Below, piece after piece: positions 8,741 through 18,309 of a stretch of DNA of 64,000 bases (its first letter is position 1; each line of letters begins with the position of its first letter). Source of the stretch: a virus; the IMG/VR virus record IMGVR_UViG_3300043410_001663, positions 4,391-68,390 of that record. One strand, given 5' to 3'. The translations under genes were made by a program, and so were the position numbers. The notes below the pieces were generated by a model. That model did no database searches. It was not told the DNA's origin and worked only from the letters and a program-made list of their open reading frames with translations.

Positions 8741-11607
8741 TGTTCTCCTGTTGGTGATGGTTGCATCTTCGCCAGTTCGGCTTGATGCTGTTGCTGTGAA
8801 CTCTGTGCCTGCTGGTCAGCGGCCTGTTGTTGTGCCGCCATGCCTGCCTGGTGCTGCTGCTGTCCGCTTTGGTTCTGCATGTCGACCAGCTGCTGCTGTG
8901 CCGCCAGCGCGCGTTGGTGTGCCTGCTCTTGGTCGCGGCGGACCTCCTCCAGGCCATGCTTGCGCAGGTCTGCATGGGCCTGCGCCTCCGCCTCGAGCGC
9001 CGTCTGGTTCTGTTGGTGCTGCTGTGTCAGCTGCAGGTTGTCGAGCTGGGCGTTGGCCGCAATGGCCGCCACGCGCTCTTTGGATGCGTTGTTGATGTCT
9101 GCCAGTGCGATCTTGGCCGCGTTGTCCGCGTTGGACAGCTCGCGGTCCAAATTCATGCGCGCCATGACCTCGGCCATCTTGGCCTCCATGTCGCGCATTT
9201 TGTCCTGCATCGCCGCCTGCATCTTGGCCTGCTCCAGCTGGAACTTGGCCTCTGCCTCCTTCATCTTGCGCTGTGTCTCGGCCTGCTGTGTCTGCATGAT
9301 GACGCCAGCCGCCGGGTCCGCGGCCAGGGCAGCCTGCTGCATCTGGGCCTGACGTGCCTGCTGCATCTGCTGCGCCAGCTGCTGGATGATCGGGTTGATC
9401 GCCTGGAACTCCTGCTGAGAGTCCTGGGCCACCAACTGGGCCGCCATCGCCAGCGCCTGTTGGGAGTCTGCGTCGAGCTTGCGCTCCTCGTGTAGCTTGA
9501 ACGCGTCCTCGCCGCCAGCCGCCTGGGAGACATAGCCACGCATCGACTGCAGGTAGTGCAGCGTCAGGTGTTGCTTCAGGTGCTCCATCATGAGCGGGAG
9601 GATGCTCGCGCCAATGAGCGGGCTGCCACCGTACGCCGGGTCCAGCATGTACGCCAGGTGGACCTTGATGTGCTCGATGTGCTCCTGGTCCGGGAAGGCA
9701 GCCGCCGGGCTGCCCATCGTCATCTGCACGTTCTCGAGCGCGGGGTTGCTCTCGTTGGCTCCCTTCGGGTCCGGCAGGATGGCCTGGATGTCGGGGACCT
9801 TCATCAATTTGAGGATGCGCAGGTTGGCCTCGCGGACGTTGTACATCTGCGGGTTGGCCTGGGCCAGCTGCAACACGGCCTGCGCCTGTGTCAGTCGCTG
9901 GGTCTCGCTGAAGATGTTGGGGTCGGAGACCAGGCTGATGTCCGAGTTTTCCTTGAAGTCCGCGACCTCGACCTTGGCACCGGACTGGTTGTCCATCTCG
10001 TCCAGGTACCAGTAGTTGATACGGGACAGGATCTGCATGCTCTTGACCTGGCTGCGGTGCAGTCGGGCGTGAATGCTCGAGAAGACCTTGCTGCCCTGCT
10101 CGATCAGCGCCTGGGTCGTTCCAACCGGGGCGTTGCTGTTCGCGTCAGCGATACGGCCCTCGCTTGTCTTCACCACGCCCTTGGCTGCGTCCGTCAGCCA
10201 CCCCAGCAGCTGGAACAGGACACTCGACGGCGGGTTGAACGGCATCGGCATCGCCAGCTTACGGATGTCGTCAACACCCGGCGCGCCCTCGATCTCAACC
10301 ACCTGCGTCGGCTCCACTCGGTCAGTCTGGCCGCCCATGCGGCTGTTCTTGAGTTTGAGGAGTGTCTGGCTGTTGTTGATGTGCGCGGCGTCCATCAGCG
10401 CGCGCAGGGATCCGGTCAATGCTGCCGTCAGTCCACCAATCAGGTGCGGCATGCCGATAGCGTATGCACCGCGCCAGGGGATGAACTTGTACTCTGTAAT
10501 CCAGTCCAGCTTACGGCGGCGCTCGTCGCCAGCATCCCAGTTCCGGTATAGCGCCACGACCTTCTCGGTCAGCTCGTCGATCGCCATGATGTACGGCGCG
10601 CGCTCGCCACCCGTCTCCGGGTCATCCTCCAAACGCAGGAAACACGTCACCTCGTACACGCGGCGCAGACCGTCCACGTTCTTGACCGGCTCAGAGACGC
10701 CCTCGATCTTGTCGTTGGCCTTCTGGGCCTGGGTCACCTTCTCAGTCGGGACCTCCTGGTCAAAGAAGTCGATGTCACGGTACTCACCCTGCTCGATGCG
10801 CTGCTCGAACATGTCGTGGGTGATGTCCTGGATCTCAGTCGCGCGCGGCGCGCTGTAGAAGTTGGTCGACCCAAAGGGGAGGATCATGTTGTCGATCGGG
10901 ATCCACTCAGGCACCGGTCGACGCAAATCGCGATCAAAGCGCCACTTCAGGTACTGAGAGCCGCCCAGCGGCAGCTGGGTAAAGAGCTGCTCCATCTCGT
11001 CGCGGTACTCTTCAACCTGGTCAGAGAGCTGCCAGTTCAAGAAGTTCGTCTTGCGGCTGGCAATCGCCTGGCGCTGCTCGTTGGCCTCGCCCTTGATGTC
11101 ACTCTTGATCAGGCCATCCGATGGCAGCAACTCTTTGGACGCGTTGGCTGCGAAGTCAACGCAGGCCTCTGCCATGATCGGATGCACCACCTTGGACGCG
11201 CCCTCAAAGTTGGCGCCACCGGGTGCATCATTACCCAGGCCGGTACGGCGCAGGCCCTCTTCGTATTGCTTGTCGCGCTCCTTGCGGGAGTCGATGTCGA
11301 TCTCAATCAGCTCGAGGTAGTCGTTCGAGAGCTTGTCCAGCACGGACTCCTCAAAGACTTCTGCCAGGTTCGCGTAGAACTCAGGCGCCTCGGCCGGCTT
11401 CTTGCTCTCGGTGTAGTTGACGACAACCGAGCCATCCTCCAGCTCGATCACCTCCTCCTCAACGTCCTCAACGTCCAGGTCGAGGGCCTCGGCGATCATC
11501 TCCGTCTCTTTTTCGACGTCGGGCTCGCCCGTTTTCTCGTTCTCTACGAACGACAAGGCAGACAAATTGCCGCCTTGTTGAAGAGGAATTAAAGGTTGTT
11601 GTGCCAT
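8737..11607 (-). CDS. Portal protein with long Gln-rich C-terminal coiled coil (P22-like barrel)
   Basis: 956 aa, downstream of terL; FEGASKVVHP, KFIPWRGAYAIG, PVGTTQALIEQG motifs. Confidence 0.85.
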   Translation of the reverse strand: MAQQPLIPLQQGGNLSALSFVENEKTGEPDVEKETEMIAEALDLDVEDVEEEVIELEDGSVVVNYTESKKPAEAPEFYANLAEVFEESVLDKLSNDYLELIEIDIDSRKERDKQYEEGLRRTGLGNDAPGGANFEGASKVVHPIMAEACVDFAANASKELLPSDGLIKSDIKGEANEQRQAIASRKTNFLNWQLSDQVEEYRDEMEQLFTQLPLGGSQYLKWRFDRDLRRPVPEWIPIDNMILPFGSTNFYSAPRATEIQDITHDMFEQRIEQGEYRDIDFFDQEVPTEKVTQAQKANDKIEGVSEPVKNVDGLRRVYEVTCFLRLEDDPETGGERAPYIMAIDELTEKVVALYRNWDAGDERRRKLDWITEYKFIPWRGAYAIGMPHLIGGLTAALTGSLRALMDAAHINNSQTLLKLKNSRMGGQTDRVEPTQVVEIEGAPGVDDIRKLAMPMPFNPPSSVLFQLLGWLTDAAKGVVKTSEGRIADANSNAPVGTTQALIEQGSKVFSSIHARLHRSQVKSMQILSRINYWYLDEMDNQSGAKVEVADFKENSDISLVSDPNIFSETQRLTQAQAVLQLAQANPQMYNVREANLRILKLMKVPDIQAILPDPKGANESNPALENVQMTMGSPAAAFPDQEHIEHIKVHLAYMLDPAYGGSPLIGASILPLMMEHLKQHLTLHYLQSMRGYVSQAAGGEDAFKLHEERKLDADSQQALAMAAQLVAQDSQQEFQAINPIIQQLAQQMQQARQAQMQQAALAADPAAGVIMQTQQAETQRKMKEAEAKFQLEQAKMQAAMQDKMRDMEAKMAEVMARMNLDRELSNADNAAKIALADINNASKERVAAIAANAQLDNLQLTQQHQQNQTALEAEAQAHADLRKHGLEEVRRDQEQAHQRALAAQQQLVDMQNQSGQQQHQAGMAAQQQAADQQAQSSQQQHQAELAKMQPSPTGEQ

Positions 11608-11620
11608 ATGAAAGAGGTCT

Positions 11621-13294
11621 TTAACGTGTTAGTGCGCGCTTGGCCATGCCACCAAAGGGCAGCATGTTCAGGGACTCCAGGGCGGCGCTCGGGTACTCTC
11701 CCTTGCCGATGTAGTGCCCAATGTTGGCCGCGGAGATGGGTCCATACGCCAGCGCGCCGGGCGCGGTCGTCATGGCCGCGACATCCATCGCGCCAAAGCC
11801 GCCGGGGATCGCGCTGGACGCGCCACCGAACGCTGTCTGTGACGCACGGCGTGCGATCGGGCGGCGGATGCCAACTCGCTCCAGGAAGTCTTGACCCGTG
11901 GCAGCCAGCCGCTCAGACGGCGACGGCTTGTACTCCTCCATGCGGGGCTGGCGCTCCATCGCGCCCATGTACGCCGCACGGTCGGCCATGGTGTTGAACT
12001 GCGGGCCGGCGGAGAACAAATCCTCCAGCTGTTGAGGGGTCGGCTGTGTTCGCCCACCATCTGCGTATCCATGCACCATCAGCTGGGCCTGCATGTCGCG
12101 GGGGCTGGGGATGAACCCGCCGGCCGCCTTCTTGACCGTACGCTTATCAGTCAGGCTTTCCAGGTCCCACCCCTGAGCGAACGGTTGGCGTGTGTCTGCC
12201 GTCGTGTCCAGCAGGTAGTCACGCTTGTGCATCGCATCCCAATCGGCTGGGTTTCTACCCCACACGCGCTCGGGCGCGCCGGCTGCTCGCATCTGAGCCT
12301 GCCAATCCAGGTACTCTTGGGTCACCTTGCCAGCCTTGGGGTCCATCATCGGGCGCTCACCGATCGGGTTAACGCCCAGGTAATTGTGTTGCGCCACGTT
12401 ACGGTCGGCCAGCACCGCGTTGATGATGTCCTCCTGGTCGGGCTCGATGCCTCGCGCCAGGAAACTCTGACGGGCGCGCTCGATCTCTGCCTTGAGCGGT
12501 CGGCTTGTCTTTTCACCTGCCTGCGGGTTCAACGCCATGACCAGCTGCTCGCGCAGGTCGCCCACCTGAGCGTTTTCGATCGGGCCCGCGGTCTCCGCAA
12601 ACGGGGCGCTGGCGCTGCGCGGGCCCTCTGCCAGGCCGTACGTCTCACCAGAGACCTTGGACAGTCCGCCGGCCACGTCGTCCGCGCCCTCGGCTGCGTG
12701 CTGCATCGCGATCAGCTCCTCGGTCGAGGGGACTACACTGCGCAAGTTGGTGCGGTTGGATGTGCGGCCGACGTTGGCCATCTGCACGAACTCATCCGGA
12801 CGTGCCACGACGTCCGGCTTGGGGTCGTACAGCTTCTTGCGCGCCTTGCGCGTCTGCGGGTTGACCTCGAACTGGTTGCCTACCGAGAACCCCTGCGCAC
12901 GCTCGGGTGTCGTCAGCTGGCCCGTCTTGGGGTCGATCATGCCAGAGTAGGCGCGGCCGAACTCGTCGACAAATTTGTTGGCGTTGGGCTCTTGCGCCGC
13001 CAGGCGGGCCATGGTCGGCTGGCGCACCGGCGTCTCCGGGACACCGGCCAATGCCGGGTTCTTACCAGCCAGGAAGTGGTCCTCCAACGACTTGACCTCG
13101 TCCGCTGTCGGGTTCTTGCCCGTCGCACGACGGTAGTTGGAAATTGCGTTCTTGATGCCCGTCTCAAACTGCTTGAGCGCCTGCGAGCGGGCCAGTCCGG
13201 TCAGCGCCGCGCCAGGTACGCCACCACCGCCCAAATGCGGCAGCCCTGCCTGCTCGAACATCATCTGCGTCGGTGTCTTGATTGGGTTAAGCAT
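11621..13294 (-). CDS. Hypothetical, probable internal virion protein
   Basis: 557 aa between terL and portal; carries KAAGG and YADGG motifs. Confidence 0.65.
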   Translation of the reverse strand: MLNPIKTPTQMMFEQAGLPHLGGGGVPGAALTGLARSQALKQFETGIKNAISNYRRATGKNPTADEVKSLEDHFLAGKNPALAGVPETPVRQPTMARLAAQEPNANKFVDEFGRAYSGMIDPKTGQLTTPERAQGFSVGNQFEVNPQTRKARKKLYDPKPDVVARPDEFVQMANVGRTSNRTNLRSVVPSTEELIAMQHAAEGADDVAGGLSKVSGETYGLAEGPRSASAPFAETAGPIENAQVGDLREQLVMALNPQAGEKTSRPLKAEIERARQSFLARGIEPDQEDIINAVLADRNVAQHNYLGVNPIGERPMMDPKAGKVTQEYLDWQAQMRAAGAPERVWGRNPADWDAMHKRDYLLDTTADTRQPFAQGWDLESLTDKRTVKKAAGGFIPSPRDMQAQLMVHGYADGGRTQPTPQQLEDLFSAGPQFNTMADRAAYMGAMERQPRMEEYKPSPSERLAATGQDFLERVGIRRPIARRASQTAFGGASSAIPGGFGAMDVAAMTTAPGALAYGPISAANIGHYIGKGEYPSAALESLNMLPFGGMAKRALTR

Positions 13295-13484
13295 CGTAGT
13301 CTCGCGTTGCTAAATTTTTGTTGTAGTTCTCTGGGTCGCCACCCTTGACGATATCGTTGAGCATGTCCCGGTAGCCCCGACGCACGCTGCCCCACTCGGA
13401 GAACGACTTGCCACGTGCCCGCATCATGCGACACATGTCGCAGCTGCACTGCCGGATCTCTTTCACGTGACTCGAAGTCTCCAC
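13287..13484 (-). CDS. Small CxCxxC protein
   Basis: AGGAGG RBS; CSCDMC; late-promoter-like motif at 13504-13514. Confidence 0.6.
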   Translation of the reverse strand: METSSHVKEIRQCSCDMCRMMRARGKSFSEWGSVRRGYRDMLNDIVKGGDPENYNKNLATRDYDA

Positions 13485-13533
13485 GATATCGTCCTCCTAT
13501 CACGAATAACCCATAATCTGAGGGGCGGACGCC

Positions 13534-14979
13534 CTACGCAGCGTATGGGTTATACGCGCGGCGTCGTGCGATGTCGTCCGAGTGCCCATAGTCACGAGAC
13601 GGCAGCGGGTCCAGCTCGAGCCAGCCTGAATCCCTGAGCACTCGCAAGGCCTGGGACAGCGCGTCCACGTAGTCATCGTGGCCCTTGGCCTCTGGAAAAG
13701 AACAGACCTGCCGAATGAAGCGCTTGGCCCAGGGGGCCACCTCTCCAGGGTTCTCGGGGTCCTCCGGGACATAAACGCGGCCCTTCGCGATGAGCGGCGC
13801 CACGATGTTCATCCGCTGGACCTTGTCCGCGCGGCCCGGGTTGTAGCTCATCACCGGCAGACCGGCCTGTTGGAGCTCCTGGAGCAACGAGATACCCGCC
13901 GATTTGTCTTCCATGAGGATCAGGTCCGTCTTTTTACCCTTCGCGAACGTGTTATCGGCGCCGTACACGACCTCCTTGTAGTCATCCGTCACTTTTCGGC
14001 GCAGTTCCGGGTAAGAGAGGTGGTTGTCCCATGAATCCATGAGCAGGGCGCACATTCCGCCGTCCATTTTCTCAAAAAGCCCCAAAACAATGCACGCCGT
14101 CGGGTCGTTATGGGTCTTTTCGCTCGTCGCGGGGTCGTATGACGCCAAAACGTACTCCAATTTCGGGGTCTCCTTCTCCGCCGGCCACATCTTGAACCAC
14201 TTCCGCTTCACGATACCCGCATTTTCGGGGTCCAGGATCTCGCCATAGATCTCCTGCTTGCCCAGATCGGTGCCTTCGTACGTCTCCAGCTGCTTGAAGA
14301 AGGTCGGGGAGAGGTTTTCCTTGTTGTCGTACGAGCTGGCGCGGCTGACGTACACGTCGCCGCCCACTTTTCCCTCGTTTAGGTCCGTAATTAGCTCGAG
14401 TGGCTTCGGAGTCGTGGTGATAATCGTCTGGACCCGCTTGATTCGGGGGTCCCTCAGACGCAAAGTGAACTGGATCTGGTCGTACGCGTCGTCAATGTAC
14501 TCAAACGCGCACAACTCGTCCATCCAGGCCCCGTGCCACTGTGTTCCCCGGAAGCGTTCCGGCTCAGATGCCGGGATTCCGCGGATCATTGAGCCGTTTT
14601 TCAGCGTCAACTCGAACAGCGACTTGTTGTAGTCCTTGATCAGCGACTGCGGGATAATGTTCAGTAAGCCTGAATCCCCCTCAAAACACGTCGCCCGGAT
14701 GTCGTTTGAGGTCGGCGCCGTCACCAACCACCGCGTGTGGTCGTAAATCGCGGCCCTCTCACCGATCCAGTTGCTCGCGGTGTGCGTCTTGCCCGATCCA
14801 CGACCAGCCAAGAGCAAGAATGTGTCATATTCCCCATCGTCCGGCTCCTTTTGGTGGGGCAGGGCGGTCATCGCCCACCTCACCCGCCACAACGCCAGGT
14901 CAAGTTGCTCCTTCGGCCAACCCTTGTTCTTCTCCGCGAACTCCTTCAAGAGCTTCGTCTGTTGCGCATTCATAGGCAT
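13534..14979 (-). CDS. terL: Terminase large subunit
   Basis: Walker A AGRGSGKT, Walker B AWMDE, TTTP coupling motif, nuclease YDPA...HDDYVDA. Confidence 0.95.
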   Translation of the reverse strand: MPMNAQQTKLLKEFAEKNKGWPKEQLDLALWRVRWAMTALPHQKEPDDGEYDTFLLLAGRGSGKTHTASNWIGERAAIYDHTRWLVTAPTSNDIRATCFEGDSGLLNIIPQSLIKDYNKSLFELTLKNGSMIRGIPASEPERFRGTQWHGAWMDELCAFEYIDDAYDQIQFTLRLRDPRIKRVQTIITTTPKPLELITDLNEGKVGGDVYVSRASSYDNKENLSPTFFKQLETYEGTDLGKQEIYGEILDPENAGIVKRKWFKMWPAEKETPKLEYVLASYDPATSEKTHNDPTACIVLGLFEKMDGGMCALLMDSWDNHLSYPELRRKVTDDYKEVVYGADNTFAKGKKTDLILMEDKSAGISLLQELQQAGLPVMSYNPGRADKVQRMNIVAPLIAKGRVYVPEDPENPGEVAPWAKRFIRQVCSFPEAKGHDDYVDALSQALRVLRDSGWLELDPLPSRDYGHSDDIARRRAYNPYAA

Positions 14980-15851
14980 ATCGGTAAATACCCCTCACTC
15001 ACTACCACCGTGTTGTTTGGGTTCTCGGTCTTGATGTAGATGCAGGGGCGTGGCTTGACCTCCTCCATCCGCTTGATGGTCCGGAACTCGTAGTAGAACT
15101 CTTTGCCGGTCGACGTCTGACCGTCAACCAGCTTCAAGAACGTCTTGAACTCAATGTGAAATTTATTTTGGCGACCGTGCTGCGTGATCTTGGTCGCGAC
15201 ACCCAGCGACTCGACCAGGTTCTGGACCTGGCGCAGGATCCCGTAGTCCCTGCTGTCAAAGAAGAACATCGCGTCCTTGGCCCGGAAGGTCCCGCGCTTG
15301 CTGAAGATGCCCCGCGCCAGTGCGAGCCTCTGCTCGAACGACCCAAAGAAGTACTCCTCGGGGATGGTCCGCGGGAGTGTCGGGTACTTCTCGATCAGCT
15401 GTCTGGTGATGTGGGTCTGCTTGTTCTGCCTGTTGCGGCTGCGCTCACAGATCCACTGGCCGAGGATGTATGGATCCACCGGCAGCTCCCTCTCCGGCAT
15501 CATGAGCGGGCGGCAGTTGATGATCCGGACCAGCTTCTCCTGTTCCATCAGCATCTCCGGGCTCATCGGTTGAGCCTCGAGCTCCTGGTGCCTGGACTTC
15601 TTGCGGGTCCACTTCCGCAAGATCTCGGTCTGCTTGTAGGTAAGAGCAGGGATTCCAGTGCGGCCGTCTACCACCAGCGTCAGGTCGTCCCTCATCCAGA
15701 GCTTGTAGCACGCCCGCGGCGTGAACTCCTGAGTTGAGACCACCTTCGTCGGTAGGCCATCGTATGAAAACACCGTATCCCCCGACTCGATAAGCGCCGC
15801 TGGTTTCCATCCGGTAACCGTAGGGACCGGGGTCCGTGCGTCGAATCCCAT
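14970..15851 (-). CDS. Free-standing intein-like (Hint + degenerate LAGLIDADG) protein lacking splicing residues
   Basis: N-terminal GFDARTPVPTVTGWK...GDTVFSYDG.PTKV, central IPEEYFFGSFEQRLALARGI, C-terminal PCIYIKTENPNNTVVVSEGYLP resemble intein blocks. Confidence 0.7.
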   Translation of the reverse strand: MGFDARTPVPTVTGWKPAALIESGDTVFSYDGLPTKVVSTQEFTPRACYKLWMRDDLTLVVDGRTGIPALTYKQTEILRKWTRKKSRHQELEAQPMSPEMLMEQEKLVRIINCRPLMMPERELPVDPYILGQWICERSRNRQNKQTHITRQLIEKYPTLPRTIPEEYFFGSFEQRLALARGIFSKRGTFRAKDAMFFFDSRDYGILRQVQNLVESLGVATKITQHGRQNKFHIEFKTFLKLVDGQTSTGKEFYYEFRTIKRMEEVKPRPCIYIKTENPNNTVVVSEGYLPICL

Positions 15852-15935
15852 GTCTGAATAGAATTACCCATTTCGGTGGCTGATTGCGCCCTTTATCCAG
15901 GGGTTTATTACAACATGCACTATAGTGCCGAGCGG

Positions 15936-16041
<106 letters not shown>

Positions 16042-16066
16042 TCACAAACAGCACTTTTTCCTTATA

Positions 16067-16079
16067 AATCAACAACTTA
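16067..16079 (+). promoter_or_regulatory. IHF binding site
   Basis: AATCAACAACTTA matches WATCAANNNNTTR exactly. Confidence 0.6.
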
Positions 16080-16264
16080 GCACGTCTCGCCTTGCTCTCC
16101 GGCCGATTCGTAAGGTAAAAGTATTACTTTTTTGCTGTGATATGCAAAAAATATATAACACAGGGGGATTTATATGAACTTGCTGTCTGTGGGGCCCCCC
16201 GCCCCGCCTCGCCGGATGGGACCCAAACTGGGGTGATGGGGGTCGTGTTGCGCAAAAACAACAA

Positions 16265-16494
16265 AGCAAGAAGCGTGCCACTTTTTCCGCAAGCAAGAAC
16301 CGTGCCAACCTGCTGACTGACCGGTCAGTCAGTAAGGCGCGGCGATCCTGGCACGAACATTGCAACGAAGCAAGAAGCGTGCCAACCCAGACTGGCACAC
16401 TGCTTGCTAATAGCAAGGACCGTGCCACCGCGGCCAAGCAAGGACCATGCCAACGTGGCGAGTGGGCGGCGCAGGCCAAGCAAGAACCATGCCA
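16265..16494. promoter_or_regulatory. Array of eight sigma54 (-24/-12) consensus sites
   Basis: TGGCAY-N5-TTGCW on minus at 16265, 16292, 16369, 16412, 16437, 16479 and on plus at 16349, 16393. Confidence 0.85.
16313..16332. promoter_or_regulatory. Perfect 20-bp palindrome (TetR-type operator-like)
   Basis: CTGACTGACCGGTCAGTCAG is its own reverse complement. Confidence 0.55.
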
Positions 16495-16558
16495 ACGTGG
16501 CCAGGGCGACCCAGTTTGGTGCGCACGCGAGGCGCCGGTGAGGGGAGGGCGCCGCATA

Positions 16559-16574
16559 CTGTACAAACGCCCAG
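16559..16574. promoter_or_regulatory. LexA SOS-box-like site
   Basis: (TA)CTGTACAAACGCCCAG vs beta/gammaproteobacterial CTGT-N8-ACAG, one mismatch. Confidence 0.45.
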
Positions 16575-16589
16575 GTCACGCGGCAAGAG

Positions 16590-16669
16590 TTATCCACAGC
16601 TTATCAACAGGCCAAGTTATCCACAGGTTGTTCACATGTTATCCACAGGTTGTTCACATGTTATCCACC
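16590..16669 (+). promoter_or_regulatory. Cluster of seven DnaA boxes
   Basis: TTATCCACA at 16590, 16617, 16639; one- or two-mismatch variants at 16601, 16628, 16650, 16661; mostly 11-bp period. Confidence 0.85.
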
Positions 16670-16739
16670 GCGCCAGGTAGCAGGCCAACCCCCACCCGAG
16701 ATGACCAGAATAGTATCAGCAACACACCAGGAGAACAGC

Positions 16740-16931
16740 ATGAAGACAACCAAGACCAGCCAAGGCGCATACAGTGTGACGGGCCACACCAAGGCCGGCG
16801 ACCTCGTCCAGTACGAGGTGGCACGCAACGGCCACGGATGGTCCGTCGATCTGGTGTATGGCAACGGCGCAGTGTTCAACATGCTGTACCCCACCAAGGC
16901 CGAGGCCATCGCGGCCATCGCCGGCCAGTGA
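16740..16931 (+). CDS. Early hypothetical protein
   Basis: ATG after repeat-borne CAGGAG; MKTTKTSQG... Confidence 0.75.
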   Translation: MKTTKTSQGAYSVTGHTKAGDLVQYEVARNGHGWSVDLVYGNGAVFNMLYPTKAEAIAAIAGQ

Positions 16932-16983
16932 ACCCCCACCCGAGATGACCAGATTAGTATCAGCAACACACCAGGAGAACGAC

Positions 16984-17223
16984 ATGATCGCAAAGAAGCA
17001 CATCAAGGCCATCAACGAACTGCTCAACAGCGAGTCCGCCGCGCAGTCCCTCATCGACCGCAGGGCCAGCGACCCAGGCATGACCCGCGAGCGCATGGCC
17101 CACTGGGTCGACCACGGCCGCCGCGCGGCCACCGAACTGATGGCCACGTACGGCATCCAGTCCAGCGCCGGTTCGATCGAGTACTGGGAGAGCATGGCGA
17201 TCCACTTCCCGCTCGCCGCCTGA
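16984..17223 (+). CDS. Early hypothetical protein
   Basis: ATG after repeat RBS; stop lies in the next repeat. Confidence 0.75.
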   Translation: MIAKKHIKAINELLNSESAAQSLIDRRASDPGMTRERMAHWVDHGRRAATELMATYGIQSSAGSIEYWESMAIHFPLAA

Positions 17224-17267
17224 ACCCCCACCCGAATTGACCAGATTAGTATCAACAGGAGAACGAC

Positions 17268-17728
17268 ATGACCACACTGACCCAAGCCACCTACGAGCGC
17301 ATGAACGACCTGCGGACCCAGGTCCGCAACGACCTGATGCGGGTCCAGCGCATGTTCAACAAGAACCCCAACGCCACCAACTGGGAGGTCTGCACCCGCG
17401 CCATGCTGGTGTTCCAGCAGGTGGACTGGGCCTGCCGCTCGAACATAGTCGACCACGTGGCGCTCCTCCTCGACCTGGACCACGCCACGGTCGGCGAGTG
17501 GGGCGACATCATCACCCGCGCCACCCTCGGGATGTCGGTCGCCAGCGCCCTCGCCTGAACCAGGGGCACGCCATGAAGACGATCACCATCCTGACCTACA
17601 CCGCCGGCCTGCTGGGCCTGACCAAGCACTGGCAACCGCTGTGCGACCTGACCTGGGACGAGTACGTGGCCCTGGCCGCCCGCCGCCCTGGTGAGGGCAC
17701 CACGTGGCGCGCGGTGTTCAAGGCCTGA
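17268..17728 (+). CDS. Two early hypothetical proteins (17268-17558, 17573-17728)
   Basis: RBS-linked ORFs with high GC3 between repeats 3 and 4. Confidence 0.7.
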
Positions 17729-17780
17729 ACCCCCACCCGAGAAGACCAGAGTAGTATCACCAACCACAACGGAGCACACC

Positions 17781-18274
17781 ATGCAGACAGCCTACATCAA
17801 CCTGATCAAGCACGCACTCAGCGAGGGCCACACCGTGTCGGTGTGGGACGGCGAGGAGTGGCAGGTCAAGCGGTCCACCAGCCTGCGCGCCATCACTGAG
17901 GCCGTGAAGTCGGTCGAGGAGGCCACGTTGCGCATCCGCAACCAGGACGGCGACGTGGTGGCCTGGGCCCTGGTCTCAGCGTACGGTCTGGCACCGGACG
18001 AGACCGTGATCGACTACGGCGACAACGACTGGACCAACGCGTGGTTCGTGAACTACAGCAAGACCCAGGAGGCCTGACCATGCGGACCAACATCAACCGG
18101 CCCTGGGTGGCCCACGTGGACGACGAGCGGGACATCGGCAACAGCGTGATCGTGACCCTGGCGCCGGGATGGTTTTTCAAGGGCACCGACGAGGGAGTGC
18201 GCGGGTACGATACCATGCGCGAGGCCAAGGCGGACACCGTGCGCGCCAACGTGGAGAACCCCCACCCGAATTGA
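17781..18274 (+). CDS. Two early hypothetical proteins (17781-18077, 18080-18274)
   Basis: RBS-linked ORFs; the second ends inside repeat 5 (...NPHPN*). Confidence 0.7.
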
Positions 18275-18309
18275 CCAGAATAGTATCAGCAACACACCAG
18301 GAGCACACC

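Noticed and set aside
4252-13348. Long plus-strand ORFs (4252-5772, 9556-10551, 11891-13348) and similar ones such as 61101-62327
   Set aside because: Antisense shadows of high-GC3 structural genes with no motifs or RBS.
16069-16948. ORFs 16069-16566(-), 16325-16597(-) and 16379-16948(+)
   Set aside because: Their repetitive translations simply reflect the sigma54 and DnaA motif arrays.
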